Part shown: positions 25,142 through 37,740 of the stretch, one piece after another
Numbering within the stretch: position 1 is the first letter of the stretch
Layout: each line of letters starts with the position of its first letter
Notes under the pieces: model-generated
What the model was told of the DNA's origin: nothing
Databases searched by the model: none
The model's input: only the letters and a program-made list of their open reading frames with translations
Assembly (NCBI GenBank): GCA_965112155.1
Contig: OZ218101.1
Direction: 5' to 3' (one strand)
DNA: 64,000 bases
From: Podarcis liolepis
Taxonomy: Eukaryota
Made by a program: the position numbers and the translations under genes

Positions 25142-26399
25142 TGAAGGGATACTTAAGCCAAAACTACCTTTCCCAGCTTAGTCATGCAAACTAACATTCT
25201 TTTTGTCAAAATCAAAAGATGTCTTGTTTTCAAAGTGACTGTAGCAGCTCTGGGCAGTGGAGAAGGGCTATGAGGACATCTGGAAGAATTGCAAAGTGTC
25301 TTCCAAAGACATAATCCTTAAGATGAGGTCAACCTGCCAAGTCAAATGCAAACTACCACCAGAGTATTATGATATTATACCAGCTGCTTTTTGCAGCCCT
25401 AGGCAGACAGTGTAAACAGGAAATACCCTGGTGGGCTGCCATATTTTGCTGGCGGGCTGGTACATTGTGCAGGCCCAAGATAAATGGATGAAATGAAAAC
25501 TTAGGTTCATCCAAATGGAAACCCCACTATCCTACAACAATGCAAGATGAGAACATGAGTGTTAGGCTCTTTGCTCAGATGCGGGAGGGTATCTTGTCTG
25601 CTTGCAGGGTGTGCATGCAATGAGGCTAAGCTTACTAGCAACTCTGAGCTTCATCCCAAAAGCTCCTGAGAGGTCCACTTTCTGTGGAATGATGCTGTCA
25701 CAAAAGGCCAAGAATTAGAATTTTCACAGCAATTCATTCTGGGGAGCCTTGTGCAAAAACTACAATGCCAGATGGCTTCATGTGATTTATTTGTTTTAAA
25801 AGAGAAGCACCTGACACCCACACCTGACGCCGAATAGCAGCAGCAAACAAAATCTGTTTCTATCATTATCACATAGTCTGGAATTTGGAAATTAAAGCCA
25901 GTCAGCCATGAGTCTGTTTGCTCCTACTTGCGTGGCCCATGATCACTTTCAGGACAGCAATGTGTTTCAGAAGGCAGCCAGGGCTGTTGGCACTGTGTAA
26001 AAATCGCTTCTAGTATTGGAAGAAAAAAATCCCATTCCTGAAGGGAACACCCACTCTGGAATTTGCTGAAGAGGAATACTTAAGAACAACCAACAGAAAA
26101 AGGAAGGAGTAGTCCTATTTTGTTGCTCCCTTCTTCTTGGCATTGTATTTGCAACAGCCCCTGGACAGTAGCAATGGAAGGAATTCTTGAATGAAGAGGG
26201 TGGAGAAAGACAACATGTTCTTAGAATCCTTATATTTAAATATGAAACAGCTTTCCTCGAAGGGTCAGAAGACAGAGAGAATGTCTCCAATAAAAGTTGA
26301 GTTAAGCAGCAACTGATATCACACGGGTGGCAAAAACCATTTTGGAGATCAGGAGATCAAAACATATAGTTTCCAGCTTCTTGTGCTGCAAACTCTGTA

Positions 26400-26642
26400 C
26401 AGTGGGTACCTCGGGTTAAGTACTTAATTCGTTCTGGAGGTCAGTTCTTAACCTGAAGCTGTTCTTAACCTGAAGCACCACTTAAGCTAATGGGGCCTCC
26501 TGCTGCTGCCGCGCCACCGGAGCACGATTTCTGTTCTCATCCTGAAGCAAAGTTCTTAACCCGAGGTACTATTTCTGGGTTAGCGGAGTCTGTAACCTGA
26601 AGTGTATGTAACCTGAAGTGTATGTAACCCAAGGTACCACTG
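26400..26642 (-). mobile_element. MITE family A, copy 9 (reverse)
   Basis: TIRs plus TA TSD. Confidence 0.9.
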
Positions 26643-27881
26643 TAGTTCTTAAGCCTAGGCATATTCCCCAAACCCCTCTCCAGCTTGGCTTTCATCAAGG
26701 TGAAGATGTATCTGGGCCATACCACTTCAGGCAAGAGTTCACATTGACTGAGCGCACATTCAAAAATGGGAAATCTTCCAGAGAAAACTAGGTGTCAGGA
26801 AGAAGAGCTCTAGCTTAGCTTTCACTGTGTGCAATTCTTGTTACGCGGAGAAGCATCCAAGCAGGCTGAAGTGGTATAGTCTTGACAAAGGGCTACCACT
26901 TCGGCTGTGAAACAGGTTAAGCAATAACAAAAAGATATTGCCTCTGTGAGTGCGGAAGGTATCTCTTATCACTAAGTAAGCATAACTCATTCCTGCACTA
27001 ATGGGTTCTAGGGCAGAGAATGTTTCTTGTACTTCCCCTTTTAAAACATAAAAACACTGAAGACCCATAGCAACTAGCACTACCCTAGCAAAGGACATAT
27101 CTACTTCCAAAAGGAAGTCTGCAAGAGGTCCGCCATCACCTCGCCCCCATTAGTGACAAGCCACGCCATGCTGAGATGCTGCCACATCAACTATTTGCAT
27201 GAGGTTTAAGAGCTGAAAATGAGCAAGGCCTGCAGCTAAGAAGTTCCTGTTTTGTTGCTGCGTGTTTGGGCGATAGGAGGAATTGCAGCGGACTAGAAAG
27301 CAACAAGTTTTGCACAGCGACTCATGAACACCCAGTTAAATTTTCAAAAGGAAGTTCTTTATGGCTACCTAGCTTTTCAATATATCTTAAGAACAATTTG
27401 CATTTTCTTAAAAGGCTATAGCACCAAAAAAACCCCCACAACCTATTGATCCATTACTGTAATGGCCAGCACAGGAACACAGTGGCTAATCTCTTAATTC
27501 TGAATAACAAACCGGAAGTAAGCCACTGGATTTGTCTGTGTCCTCCCCACAGTCTGTCCCCTTCCTGGAGTGAATTCACTGTTTCTGCCTTAGCTACATT
27601 TAAGCAGCACATCAGTTCTTACATTAGCTGCGGTCCGATTAAAACTAACCAGGTTTCTCACTTAACAAACTGGTAAAAAGGATCCTGGAGACGGTCCTGA
27701 ACACAGATTAAGTGCATCCGAGTACTGTACACAGTTAAATCTTGAATACAGGAGGCAAATATGCTGAAGTGAATGGTTCCAACTCCACAGATTGGCACTA
27801 AAATCACAAACTGTTTAACATGAGTTAAACAAGGAGGTTTCTCGGCAACATTTTCTCAGCACAGTACTCAGCACTCTTCTG

Positions 27882-27921
27882 ACAATATACTCTACAATAT
27901 ACTCTACAATATACTCTACAA
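27882..27921. repeat. 12-bp tandem repeat (ACAATATACTCT) x3+
   Basis: Read directly from the sequence. Confidence 0.85.
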
Positions 27922-28220
27922 ACTTAGGTAAGCCTAACAGAAATAAAAATTTTAAAAGCATCTTAGAAAAACATCACCATGCAGCTTGAGCCTTGAACAA
28001 AGTACTGTTCTTCCCGGATCTCAGCTTAGCTTTAAGTGTATGGTAATGTGTCTGCGTAAATGGCAAAAGTGTTCCCAAGAGCAACACAAACACAAAGGGG
28101 AAGCTCTCAGCCACAATGTTTATCCATCTTCTGAGTGGTAACAACAATATATTGATCTCCCCAACACCCTCGTGCAAGTACAATTCAATTAAAATGGAGG
28201 TAACATTGTATTCCTGCGTA

Positions 28221-28446
28221 CAGTGGTACCTCAGGTTACATATGCTTCAGGTTACAGACTCCGCTAATGCAGAAATATTACCTCGGCTTAAGAACTTTGC
28301 TTCAGGATGAGAACAGAAATCGTGCTCGGGCAGTGTGGCGGCAGCAGGAGGCCCCATTAGCTAAAGTGGTGCTTCAGGTTAAGAACAGTTTCAGGTTAAG
28401 AACGGACCTCCGGAACGAATTAAGTACTTAAACCAAGGTACCACTG
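28221..28446 (+). mobile_element. MITE family A, copy 10
   Basis: TIRs plus TA TSD. Confidence 0.9.
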
Positions 28447-28450
28447 TATA

Positions 28451-28575
28451 CAGTGGCGTAGCGTGGGGGGTGCAGGGGGGGCCGGCCGCACCGGGCGCAA
28501 CATCTGGGGGTTAGGGTTAGGGGGCGCAAATTACTTGCCTTGCCCTGGGTGCTGACAACCCACGCTACGTCACTG
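28451..28575. mobile_element. hAT MITE, 125 bp
   Basis: TIR CAGTGGCGTAGCGTGGG / CCCACGCTACGTCACTG; perfect 8-bp TSD ACTGTATA. Confidence 0.88.
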
Positions 28576-30137
28576 ACTGTATAGCTAAACTGTTGTTCAA
28601 GGGGGCAAGCAAGTGGCAAGCCTGGTCTTACAGACATAAAGGCCGAATCTATTTCTCTCCCCTTTCCCCAAACTGACTTCCAACAAGCTGGGAACGCAGT
28701 ATGGGAACATCCCATTCATTTGGCCATTGGCAATGCTATTTTCAACTTACATGAAGGGAGATAGATTCCTGCCCCAAGGAGTTTACAATCCAGAGATCAT
28801 CAGTCAGGGACACAGCAAGGAGAGAAGAAGCAAGACCAACAAGGGATGAGTGCATACAATCTCTGCCCACCAGCTGTGCGCAAAACACACACACACCCTC
28901 CCATCAGTAGGCTGCAAACAAGTCTTGCAACTGCTTTCCAATAGTCACCATAAATGGTGTAAACCAGACAAGCATGAGGTAATCAAGAAACGAAGCACAA
29001 GCACATAAAGAATGAAAGTGCTGTTTTAAAACGAATTCCTCTGCAAATGCCAGGTTGCAGAGATCCAATCTCAGCTAACGCTTCACTACTCACAAATCCT
29101 TTTTCAAGCCCCAAATAAAGAACTTCCACTTTGTCATTTAAAACAATAGTGGCTGCAGCTAACTATCAGGAAGACTTCAGTGTTAATATTTGCTCTTCTA
29201 ACATGCAGGAATATCCTTCTCAGCTGCTCGGGAAGTTTGGTGTCCTTCCAACGCAATAGCTATATTGGCAGAGCCACAGCAATTCTTCATATATTTACTA
29301 CGCAATAGATCCATACGAAATGCTTAGAGATCTTCCATACTGAGGGAAACGGAGTCTCAATTATCTACTATAGGTCCAATATAGCTGTGCATCAGAACTG
29401 GAAAACTCTCAAGTATGTGGGTACCATGTGTTACCAATTAGACTGTTTTATTACTGGCTTCCTTTCGGCTACGTCTAACCTCAAATCCATTATTTACCTA
29501 TTCTCCAGTGCTGCATACCACAACTCAGCAACGATGAGCTAGCCTTTGTGTTTGACTTACAGTTCTAGATTTTTTGATTTTGGGACATTTCAGGGTTAGA
29601 TTTTCTGACTGAGACTCCATATTTCATCCTTCCAATTAGGCAATGTAGTAACACTGCATTTAAGAAAAGTGCAATGGTTTTTTGCAGGGAAGGTTTTAAG
29701 CAACAGGGAGCGAGCAATGAAACATGGGCATCGGACTTCACCATCTCCAACACGCATGTTAGGATTGCAAGTGTGATGGCACTGCACATTAAAATCTCTT
29801 TGTGTGCACGAACTTAGACCACCAAGGCAGAAAAGATTTCGGTACAGCTTTCTCCTTTGATGTGCTAACCTCACCCATTCAGGAAGATGCATTCAAATAT
29901 GCTCTCCCACAAACATTATTAACTGACTTGGTTCACTGCCATGGGGATTCTTACTTCATCAATAATCAACATCTGAATCAGAGTTAAGGTTCTCCATGCC
30001 TAGGAAAGGTACTATCTGGTATCTTCCCTGCCAAAGGTACTTCTGAGAATTGCGATCACCAGAAAATGGCTGTTCATATATAAATATTTCAATGATAACA
30101 GATCAAAAACATGTAAGTTTAGAGTCTAATCAAAGTA

Positions 30138-30379
30138 CAGTGGTACCTCGGAAGTCGAACAGAATCCGTTCCGGAAGTCCGTTTGACTTCCAAAACGTTC
30201 GGAAACCAAGGCGAGGCTTCCGATTGGCTGCAGGAAGCTCCTGAAGCCAATCGGAAGCCGCGTCGGACAGTCGGCTTCCAAAGAACGTTCGCAAACTGGA
30301 ACACTCACTTCCAGGTTTGCGGCATCCGGGAGTCAAAACCTTTTGACTCGCAAGGCGTTCGGGATCCAAGGTATCACTG
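30138..30379 (+). mobile_element. Tc1/mariner MITE family B
   Basis: TIRs plus TA TSD; same body as 2590-2831. Confidence 0.85.
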
Positions 30380-30562
30380 TAATTCATAAAAACAGACAAG
30401 ATCCATTGGGGGCAGGGAATGACGGCACGGAAGTGTTGAAGCTATGACAGGAAAATTGCAATATATGTGTTATTCATGAAGATTCTATAGAACTCATTAT
30501 TTTGGAATGTTATATTCTTGCCTTCACCTTATATGCACTGATTCGGATAGGAGAACTGTATA

Positions 30563-30804
30563 CAGTGGTACCTCGGGTTACATACGCTTCAGGTTACATA
30601 CACTTCAGGTTACAGACTCGACTAACCCAGAAATAGTATCTCTGATTAAGAACTTTGCTTCAGGATGAGAACAGAAATCGTGCTCCGGCAGCGCGGCGGC
30701 AGCAGGAGGCCCCATTAGCTAAAGTGATGCTTCAGGTTAAGAACAGTTTCAGGTTAAGAACGGACCTCCGGAACGAATTAAGTACTTAACCCAAGGTACC
30801 ACTG
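30563..30804 (+). mobile_element. MITE family A, copy 11
   Basis: TIRs plus TA TSD. Confidence 0.9.
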
Positions 30805-31548
30805 TACTATATTTAAAGGTCTGCATGTTGCCTCGGGGCCAGGGTAGCCAAAGTTGTGACAGCGGCTTCAGATGCCACCCACTCAGGTAAATTACCATGT
30901 AAATTGGCCATATCATCTCCTATCTATACATAGAACTGCCAACTTTCAGGTGTTGCCATCTGAACTGGCCAGGAACTACATCTCTGTGAAGGCAATTCCA
31001 CAGGAGATATTCCTAGTTCCATTCTTCAAAATAAAATAAAACCACAGCTTCTATTTTTTCCAGTAAATGGACAACAGCTCTCCCACCCATTGAGTTCACA
31101 CTGCCTGAATTCACAACCACTGTATTCATGAGGACTGGCCTGTTCTCCAATTGGGGAGGGGAGTGGGGGATAAATGTTTAGTTCCAACATCAGTGACAAG
31201 GAATTCCCCCCCCCCTTTACGTTCATTCTCACGGTCCCAACATGACCCTGGTGGATTGAAGCTGGCTGCACACTTTGAGGCATCCTACGCTGCCCCCAAC
31301 TTTCAATTCAAGGGAAACAAACAACCGACAAAGAACTGAGGCGAAAAGCTTGGCAACTGGCAAACATACATGCAATTCCTGTTAACTGCATGTTAGACAA
31401 GGCAGCACACAATCTCCCTTCTTTGAGATATAGCCTGTTCTGAGTGTTTACCAAAGAACATTTTTGCACAGGATTCTGAACACATCACACGCAACCAGTC
31501 TGCACAAGTGAAGCTCATCCTCTGAAATTCTACAGACAGAATATGACT

Positions 31549-31708
31549 TAGAATCATAGAGGAACTGTAGGGTTGGGAGGTACCTCAGGGGTCATCTAGT
31601 CCAACCCCCTGCAATGCAGGAATCTTGCCCACAGGCATCCCTGGTTGGGCTTGAACCACCAACCTTCCGGTTAACAGCAAGATGTACTGACCCACTGTGC
31701 CGAGGGGC
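31549..31708 (-). mobile_element. tRNA-Asn-headed SINE/chimera with CR1 3' tail
   Basis: GCTGTTAACCGGAAGGTTGGTGGTTCAAGCCCAACCAGGGATG (tRNA-Asn GTT-like) fused to GCATTGCAGGGGGTTGGACTAGATGACCCC...CTATGATTCT. Confidence 0.75.
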
Positions 31709-31984
31709 ATGTGACTTTGCGTAGAAACTCGCCTCCTGTACAAAGATACAATTCACCCACTTTTTGCCCCTGGACCTGGCATGTGGCCCCTGTAAGGCTG
31801 CCCAGAGGGCAATGTGGCCCTGTGGCTGAAATTGGTTTCCCCACCCCTGTTTTACCAGGTGAGCCACACAAAGCTAGTGCGTTTAGCTTATTGGGCCACA
31901 GAACTCCTATAGGTTTGTGCTACAGTCTCTCTCCCCACCCCCCATATGAGTCAATCTAACTTTAAAGGGAGAGAAACAGAAGTA

Positions 31985-32243
31985 CCATATTTTTTGCTCT
32001 ATAAGACTCACTTCTTCCCTCCTAAAAAGTAAGGGGAAATGTGTGTGCGTCTTATGGAGTGAATGCAGGCCGCGCACCTATCCCAGAAGCCAGAACAGCA
32101 AGAGGGATCTCTGCTTTCGCTGCGCAGCGATCCCTCTTGCTGTTCTGGCTTCTGAGATTCAGAATATTTTTTTTCTTGTTTTCCTCCTCCAAAAACTAGG
32201 TGCGTCTTGTGGTCTGGTGCGTCTTATAGAGCGAAAAATACAG
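31985..32243. mobile_element. Tc1/mariner MITE family E
   Basis: TA-CCATATTTTTTGCTCTATAAGAC...GTCTTATAGAGCGAAAAATACAG-TA. Confidence 0.82.
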
Positions 32244-32580
32244 TAAGTCTGGACTTGACTGGACAGTTCAAGGGACAGCGATTTCTAAACAAACCAATTC
32301 ACATTCAAAACATGTGCATAGTACCCATACGCCAGATTTTTCTCCTCACAAGAAAGCAAGCTTCTACCAGTAGTGAAGGATGCAATTTAGAATGCTGGCC
32401 CAAGCTGCTGGAGAGTACGAATGAATCACTGTGTCCCAGGCTCTGGTTCATTAACCTTTACTATTATCACTTTATAGGAATGCTTACACAGCGCCGGTAT
32501 AGCACCATTGTACGCACACTTGCAGAAATGCAATTCCACCAGGAATTACAGGGATATGACTACAGATTAGTAATATAAAG

Positions 32581-32900
32581 CATCTACTTGCATGCAGAAG
32601 GCCCCCAGATTCAATGCTCAACATCTCCAGGTAAGGGGTCTGAGAGAGCCTGCTGTCCGAAACCCTGGAGAGCAGCTGACAGTCAGTACTGACAACACTG
32701 AGCAAGATGGACCAATGGTGTGACTCCATATAAGGTGACTAAGATAGCTAGGATAGTTCAGTTGGTACATCATGAGACTCTTCGGGTTGTGTGTTCAAGC
32801 CCCACGTTGGGCTTGAACTTGTAGGAGTTTGGGCAGCTAGATGATCCTCATGGTCCCTTCCAACTCTACAATTATGTGAATCCGAGGCAGCTCCCTATGT
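32581..32900 (+). mobile_element. tRNA-derived squamate SINE (Squam2-like) with a nested tRNA-Lys/CR1 SINE at about 32747-32883
   Basis: TGCATGCAGAAGG...CCCTGGAGAGCAGCTGACAGTCAG...GGACCAATGG...ATAAGG[insert]AGGCAGCTCCCTATGTT. Confidence 0.6.
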
Positions 32901-35388
32901 TAGAAGACCAAAAAGCAATCTAGCTGACTCATCCTGGCACATCCAAGATGTTGGATCCGTCACCAACAGATCATTCAGAGCAAAAAAATTTGCTATGGTA
33001 GATGTGCTATGCAATAGCAGGAGTAACTGATCCTTCCAGCAATGAAACAAGCTCGCATGTCCAGAGTAAGCAATTTGACTAGGATTGAAATGTCTTGCCA
33101 ATACCAAATACAGTGGTCATTCACACTCTGAAAATGAACCAAGTTAGTCCACCAATATTTCCCAAGGACATTATTTGGGAAGATCCTGTCTTTCTCCTTT
33201 CTGTAAATGTTCTCATTCCACAGCAAGCTTCTGGGGTTACTAAAACTGAGATTATTGCCCCTGGAGTCAGCGTCTCCCATTCAGTAGGCTATTACCAAAA
33301 TAACAAGGGCAATATTTTGACCAGCTAAGAGATCAAGAGAAGACTATGGAATTGCATACTCCCCACCCCAGTCTCCTCCACAGCAGAACTCCCCGTTCTG
33401 CACCTGAACCACGAGGCATTACAAGAGCAAGGGGTTAATATGTCAGGTGGTCACTGGGTATTGCAGAGCACTTTTCAAGGGGCTTCATATGACAGAAGCA
33501 TCAGCTGATCATTGCTGCTTTGAGGGGCATTCCTTTGCCACACAGTTTGATTTCAACCTCAGCAAGCAACAGGAAAAGGATCACCTGACAATATAGTTAA
33601 CATAATGTATTTGAGTGAAACGGAATTGAGGGAAGTTGAATTGGGGTTACTGATAGGATATTAATTTGAAGGTATAAGTTAATTTAAGGTAACTATATCT
33701 GAAGAGTAATGAATGGGGATAGCTGAAGGACAACTGATTTGGAGTAAGATCTGTTAGGAAATGAACTGAGGGTTTCAATGGAAGGTTACAGATTTGGACT
33801 GACCTGCGGTAGGTTGGAAACTAATTTAAGAATTGAACCGTACTGATTTGGATTGGAACTTGATTGGCTTGCCTCCTTTGACATTTAACTCTGCATCTAT
33901 AGGTACATATTTGCACATGCAAATATTACGTAATTATGTGTTTATGGACTGATTCCCCAATCTTTTAAGACTTATTGGTGTCCCTGATTATGGCCCCTAG
34001 GAGAGGAGGCCAAAGCTGTTTAGAATTTGGTAGGATCCAAGAATTAGAATCTTGGATAATGTCCTGAAGGCCAGAACCAAGACCAAATGAACTTTGTAAA
34101 AATCTATACCAGCAACAACCCAGTTAGTGTGTTAATCCCAGAGCATATGCGTAGGGAAACGGCAAAAGTGGGAATTGAAAACCATGGTTCAAACTTCAGG
34201 CTGCATTTCACACCCTATCCATGCAGTCTAGAGTTTCCTCACGCACCACAAGCAGCTGTGGTTATTATTATTATTTGCGGGAACAGATGTTATGGGAAAG
34301 TATCCTGACCAGATGACATCTGCAGAAGAGGACATGCTGTTCCTTAGGATCCTGGGAACTTTGGAATCCAGAAATGCACAAATCCTTTCAGCTTCTTCCA
34401 GAAGTGTAAACTTTGTGAGGAAAGGGAGACGGGTCATACACACTTTCACGATGGAAAACTATTAAGACAAGACAACAACCTGGGTACCAGGTGCTTAGGA
34501 GACCTGATTAGGCCACGACATACAAATGTTTTAAGAACATACAGTGGGCATTTGCAGCAGGGAGCACCAATGTTTCTCACAGTGTGCCCACTGCAAACGT
34601 GAGTGCTACACAAAATGTGAAGCAGCGGAATGGGAACCAATTGTCAGAAGTCTCTGTCTGCTGGGTGAGGATGACCTTATTTTAAAGAGCAACCGAGCCA
34701 TGAACTTTCCCACAAGTTCCAACAGACCCCACTTGTTTCAGAACATTTCAAAGAATAGATGCCACAGTTCCACAAGAAAGCCCTTTGTGAAACACTCCAC
34801 TTCTTAGCAGCAACATGCAGAAAAACAGGCTTGTAAATAGTCACTTGCCTGAAAAGGAACTGCCTCCACACTAACCGGAAAGCAGGGAAAGTTTTATGTC
34901 CATTTTTGCTGGTCTTTTTGGCTGTTTGTGACTTATTACTTGTATTTTATTGTCTAGATAAACAGCCAATGAAATCTGGCAGGGTGGGTGACATATAAAT
35001 GTAATAAATAAAATAAAAATATTGGAAGTAGATTATCTATGAGGGAGGTGCACACTATTTGAAGCACACTTCAAGGCTAGGTGTACACCTAAGCAGCTGG
35101 GACTTCTTCTTTCGATGTCACAAATATGCATTTGGAAAAATATATGTATCATTTAAGGTAAATGTGTAAAGCACCAAGATAAGCTATGAGTGTGCAGTTG
35201 TTCACCAACCCTAATCTGAAGGTCTGTGATGGAATGTCCTCACGTCAGATGTCCTCCTTTCTTCCTTTGCTCCAAGTCTAATCATTTGAGAAGCCAACCA
35301 TCATCGCCCAACTTAGGTGAGCAGATAAAAAGTTCTGCAAGCTAGTCCTTGTTTTAAGGGAGTTGCTTGCAAGGCTACCTTCAATGAT

Positions 35389-35661
35389 CCCCCCCCCCAT
35401 TTTTTTATTGGTTTTCACAACATTATAAACAAACAAACACATAAGTCAAAGAAACATAAATCATAGCCTTATTGAAAGTTGCTCTTGTTAACCTTGTTAA
35501 GTGACTTCCCCTTGGTTGAATTTCCATGCATGTCCTTTTAACGGTTTTCCAAATCACAGTTCTTATAAAATTTAACTTACACATTAACATCCTTAGATCT
35601 TCACATTATGAAGTTAAACATATTAATTCGAGACTTAACATAGATAAAATCCTGAGCCAAT
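35389..35661 (-). mobile_element. L1/Tx1-like non-LTR 3' UTR fragment with poly(A) tail
   Basis: AATAAA plus an A/G tail on the minus strand; 18-bp TSD AAGGCT(A/G)CCTTCAATGAT at 35371-35388 and 35662-35679. Confidence 0.7.
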
Positions 35662-35679
35662 AAGGCTGCCTTCAATGAT

Positions 35680-37110
35680 GCCGCGTTGCAATCCGTGCAG
35701 AATTGGGAGAGGGGAGAACGAGCCCAGAAACGCCTCGCCTCACTTCCCAGGAGAAGGCTACCTTAACCGAACTCCTTATTCACTGCTTTTCAAATTCACT
35801 CCTTCTTCGAATGCAAAAGCGTCCCCCACCCTCGCAACTGCGGCGCGGAAAAGTCCTGCCAGCCCCGGTTTGCAACATCCCGCCATTCCTCCATGATCCC
35901 TTGCGCCCAGAAACAAAACAGAACTCTCTTCCCTGCTCCCTTCCAGATGCGCTGAAGTCCAGGCGGCTTCTTCCCCAGGCAGCCCCTCTTCTCCACCCCA
36001 CCCCGCATCTCTTCCCGCGTGGCTCCCCTCCCCCCCCCATAAGTTCCCGTCCCTTAAATCGCGCCCGCCAGCCCGCCGCCACCGCAACCTCGGCGCGCCC
36101 TCTGGAGAGAGCGCACAGTCCCGCTCTCGACGACGCCGCCGCTGCTGCAGGAGGGCGCGGCGGGCTCATCCCCGGCTTCCTGCCTGCGGGGACGCCTTTT
36201 GCCCGCCTGCGGGGAAGTTGTTCGGGGAGAGGAGGCAGGAGGCAGAGCGGGAAGGAGACTGGGCAGGGCGGCGCACCGAGCCCCCCAGCCGAGTCCTTTT
36301 GCGTTAATGAATGGGGAAAGAGCTCGCTGGCTGTCAGCGGCGGCTTACCTGTTCGTCACGCCGGCCGCCACCCCCAACATCGCGGCGGCGAGGAGGAGGC
36401 AGGGGAGTCCCCGAGCGAGCCCCGCAGAAAGCGCGCCGCGTCTCCTCTCCTCTCCACTCTTTGCCTCCTTCTCGGCGGCGAGTTCCGCGCAGCGGCAGCA
36501 GCTGCAGGCGGGGCCGCCCCCGCAAGGCAGCACAGGAAGGCCACGCGGGGGGAAAGGGAGGGAGCCAGAGAGCCAGGCAGCAGCGGCGGCGGCGGCAATG
36601 GCGCGTCACCGGCCCAAGCACCCTTTGCTCCAGCCCCCTCCGCCGCCGCTTCCTCCCGCGGGGAAGGAGAGGGAGAGGTGCGCGCCGGGGGTGGCTCGCG
36701 GGCGGCCCCACTTCCCAGGGCTTCCGGCTCTCCAGGGGATCCGATTCCAAAACCCCGTTTCTTTTGCAACGTGACCCCCCCCCCTTTTTAGCAGTGCGCC
36801 CAACGGGCAACAGCTGGAAGTCGCCGTGTGCTCCATAAGTTTTTAGAAACGGGGGAGGTGAATGGCTTTGGAAACGGGCCACACACAAAACGGTAGGCTA
36901 GCGCTGAGGAGGACAGTCCCGCCGCCTTACTTTGCTCGCCCCTCAGGGCCGGCCCAATATATTTGGGCACCTGAGGCGGACCCCAGAATGGCTCCCTGCC
37001 AGGGAGGAAAAGGTGAGGGGAAATTGAAATCAGAAACAAGGCGCGCGCGGGGGGGGGGATATCTACATGGGCATCACGCTGCCCCTGTGCCTCCCCCTGC
37101 GTCATGGGTT
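35680..37110 (-). promoter_or_regulatory. LIMS1: CpG island / promoter, 5' UTR and start of intron 1 of LIMS1
   Basis: Very GC- and CpG-rich unique sequence (GCC/CGG runs, GC boxes) surrounding the LIMS1 first exon. Confidence 0.88.
36349..36380 (-). CDS. LIMS1: LIMS1 (PINCH1) first coding exon, MLGVAAGVTN(S)
   Basis: GCCGCCGCG-ATG TTG GGG GTG GCG GCC GGC GTG ACG AAC AG|gtaagc; matches the mammalian LIMS1 isoform start MLGVAAGMTHS-NMANALAS in phase 2; GCC2-LIMS1 synteny. Confidence 0.88.
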
Positions 37111-37233
37111 GGTTGGTCCTAATCTCCCCCGCTCCCCACTTCTTTCTCAGGACCCTCGCTTCAAGGGCGCCCTTTCCTCAACTGCTTGACCCCCGTTCTG
37201 TAGCCTCCCCTTGTGACCATCAATTCTCTAGTC

Positions 37234-37740
37234 CCGTGTTACCCAAAGTGGGCGGTACTATCTCTTGTGGGGGGTGGGATAACCTAGGGGGGCAAGGCAA
37301 GGGGGCGCTGGAGATGTAAATGACTACCAAACTTTGAAAAGCTGGTATCACTAGAGCTCATCAGTTTTGTTGACTCAGTTAAACCAGTGCTTTTGTGGGG
37401 GACGGGGGGACGGACACATACCCTTAAAACATTTTGTGAATCTTTGTACTTTGTCCATTTACTGTATTTATTTTCCCCCATTTGAACTATAAAATGGTTT
37501 TCTTGAGTCAAAATGAGAGTACCCCTAAACCTTCCACACACACCCCAGAAAAAAGCACCGAATTAAACTAAATCGTTTTAAGTGGATTTTGAGTAAATGT
37601 GCAATTATTCATTGTTGTTATTTTGAGTGTTATTCTGTTGTTATCTTCCTTAGTGGGTCATGCAAACCGCTACTCTGAATAATGCACTTTATAGGATTTA
37701 TGGAACCAGCGGGGTAGCGACCCAAAAAAGGGAACCACTG
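37234..37740. mobile_element. hAT (Charlie-like) non-autonomous element
   Basis: CCGTGTTACCCAAA...GGGAACCACTG ends; 7/8 TSD CTCTAGTC / CTCTAGTT. Confidence 0.65.

Larger units (their letters stand above)
1..36348 (-). other. LIMS1: LIMS1 intron 1 (partial; exon 2 with the LIM domains is not in the window)
   Basis: Follows the GTAAGC donor; I found no NMANALASATCERC-type exon in 1-36348. Confidence 0.75.

Noticed and set aside
28506-28524. TTAGGG repeats as an interstitial telomere or fusion site
   Set aside because: There are only two units, inside a 125-bp hAT MITE.
36381-36533. In-frame GTG-initiated N-terminal extension of LIMS1
   Set aside because: An open frame is expected in a GC-rich 5' UTR, and the ATG at 36380 has a good Kozak context and matches the known start.
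35703-37122. Long overlapping ORFs (362, 191, 184, 175 aa) in the GC-rich region
   Set aside because: Stop codons are depleted in a CpG island. The translations are low-complexity Ala/Gly/Pro/Arg, and only the 32-nt LIMS1 exon has homology.
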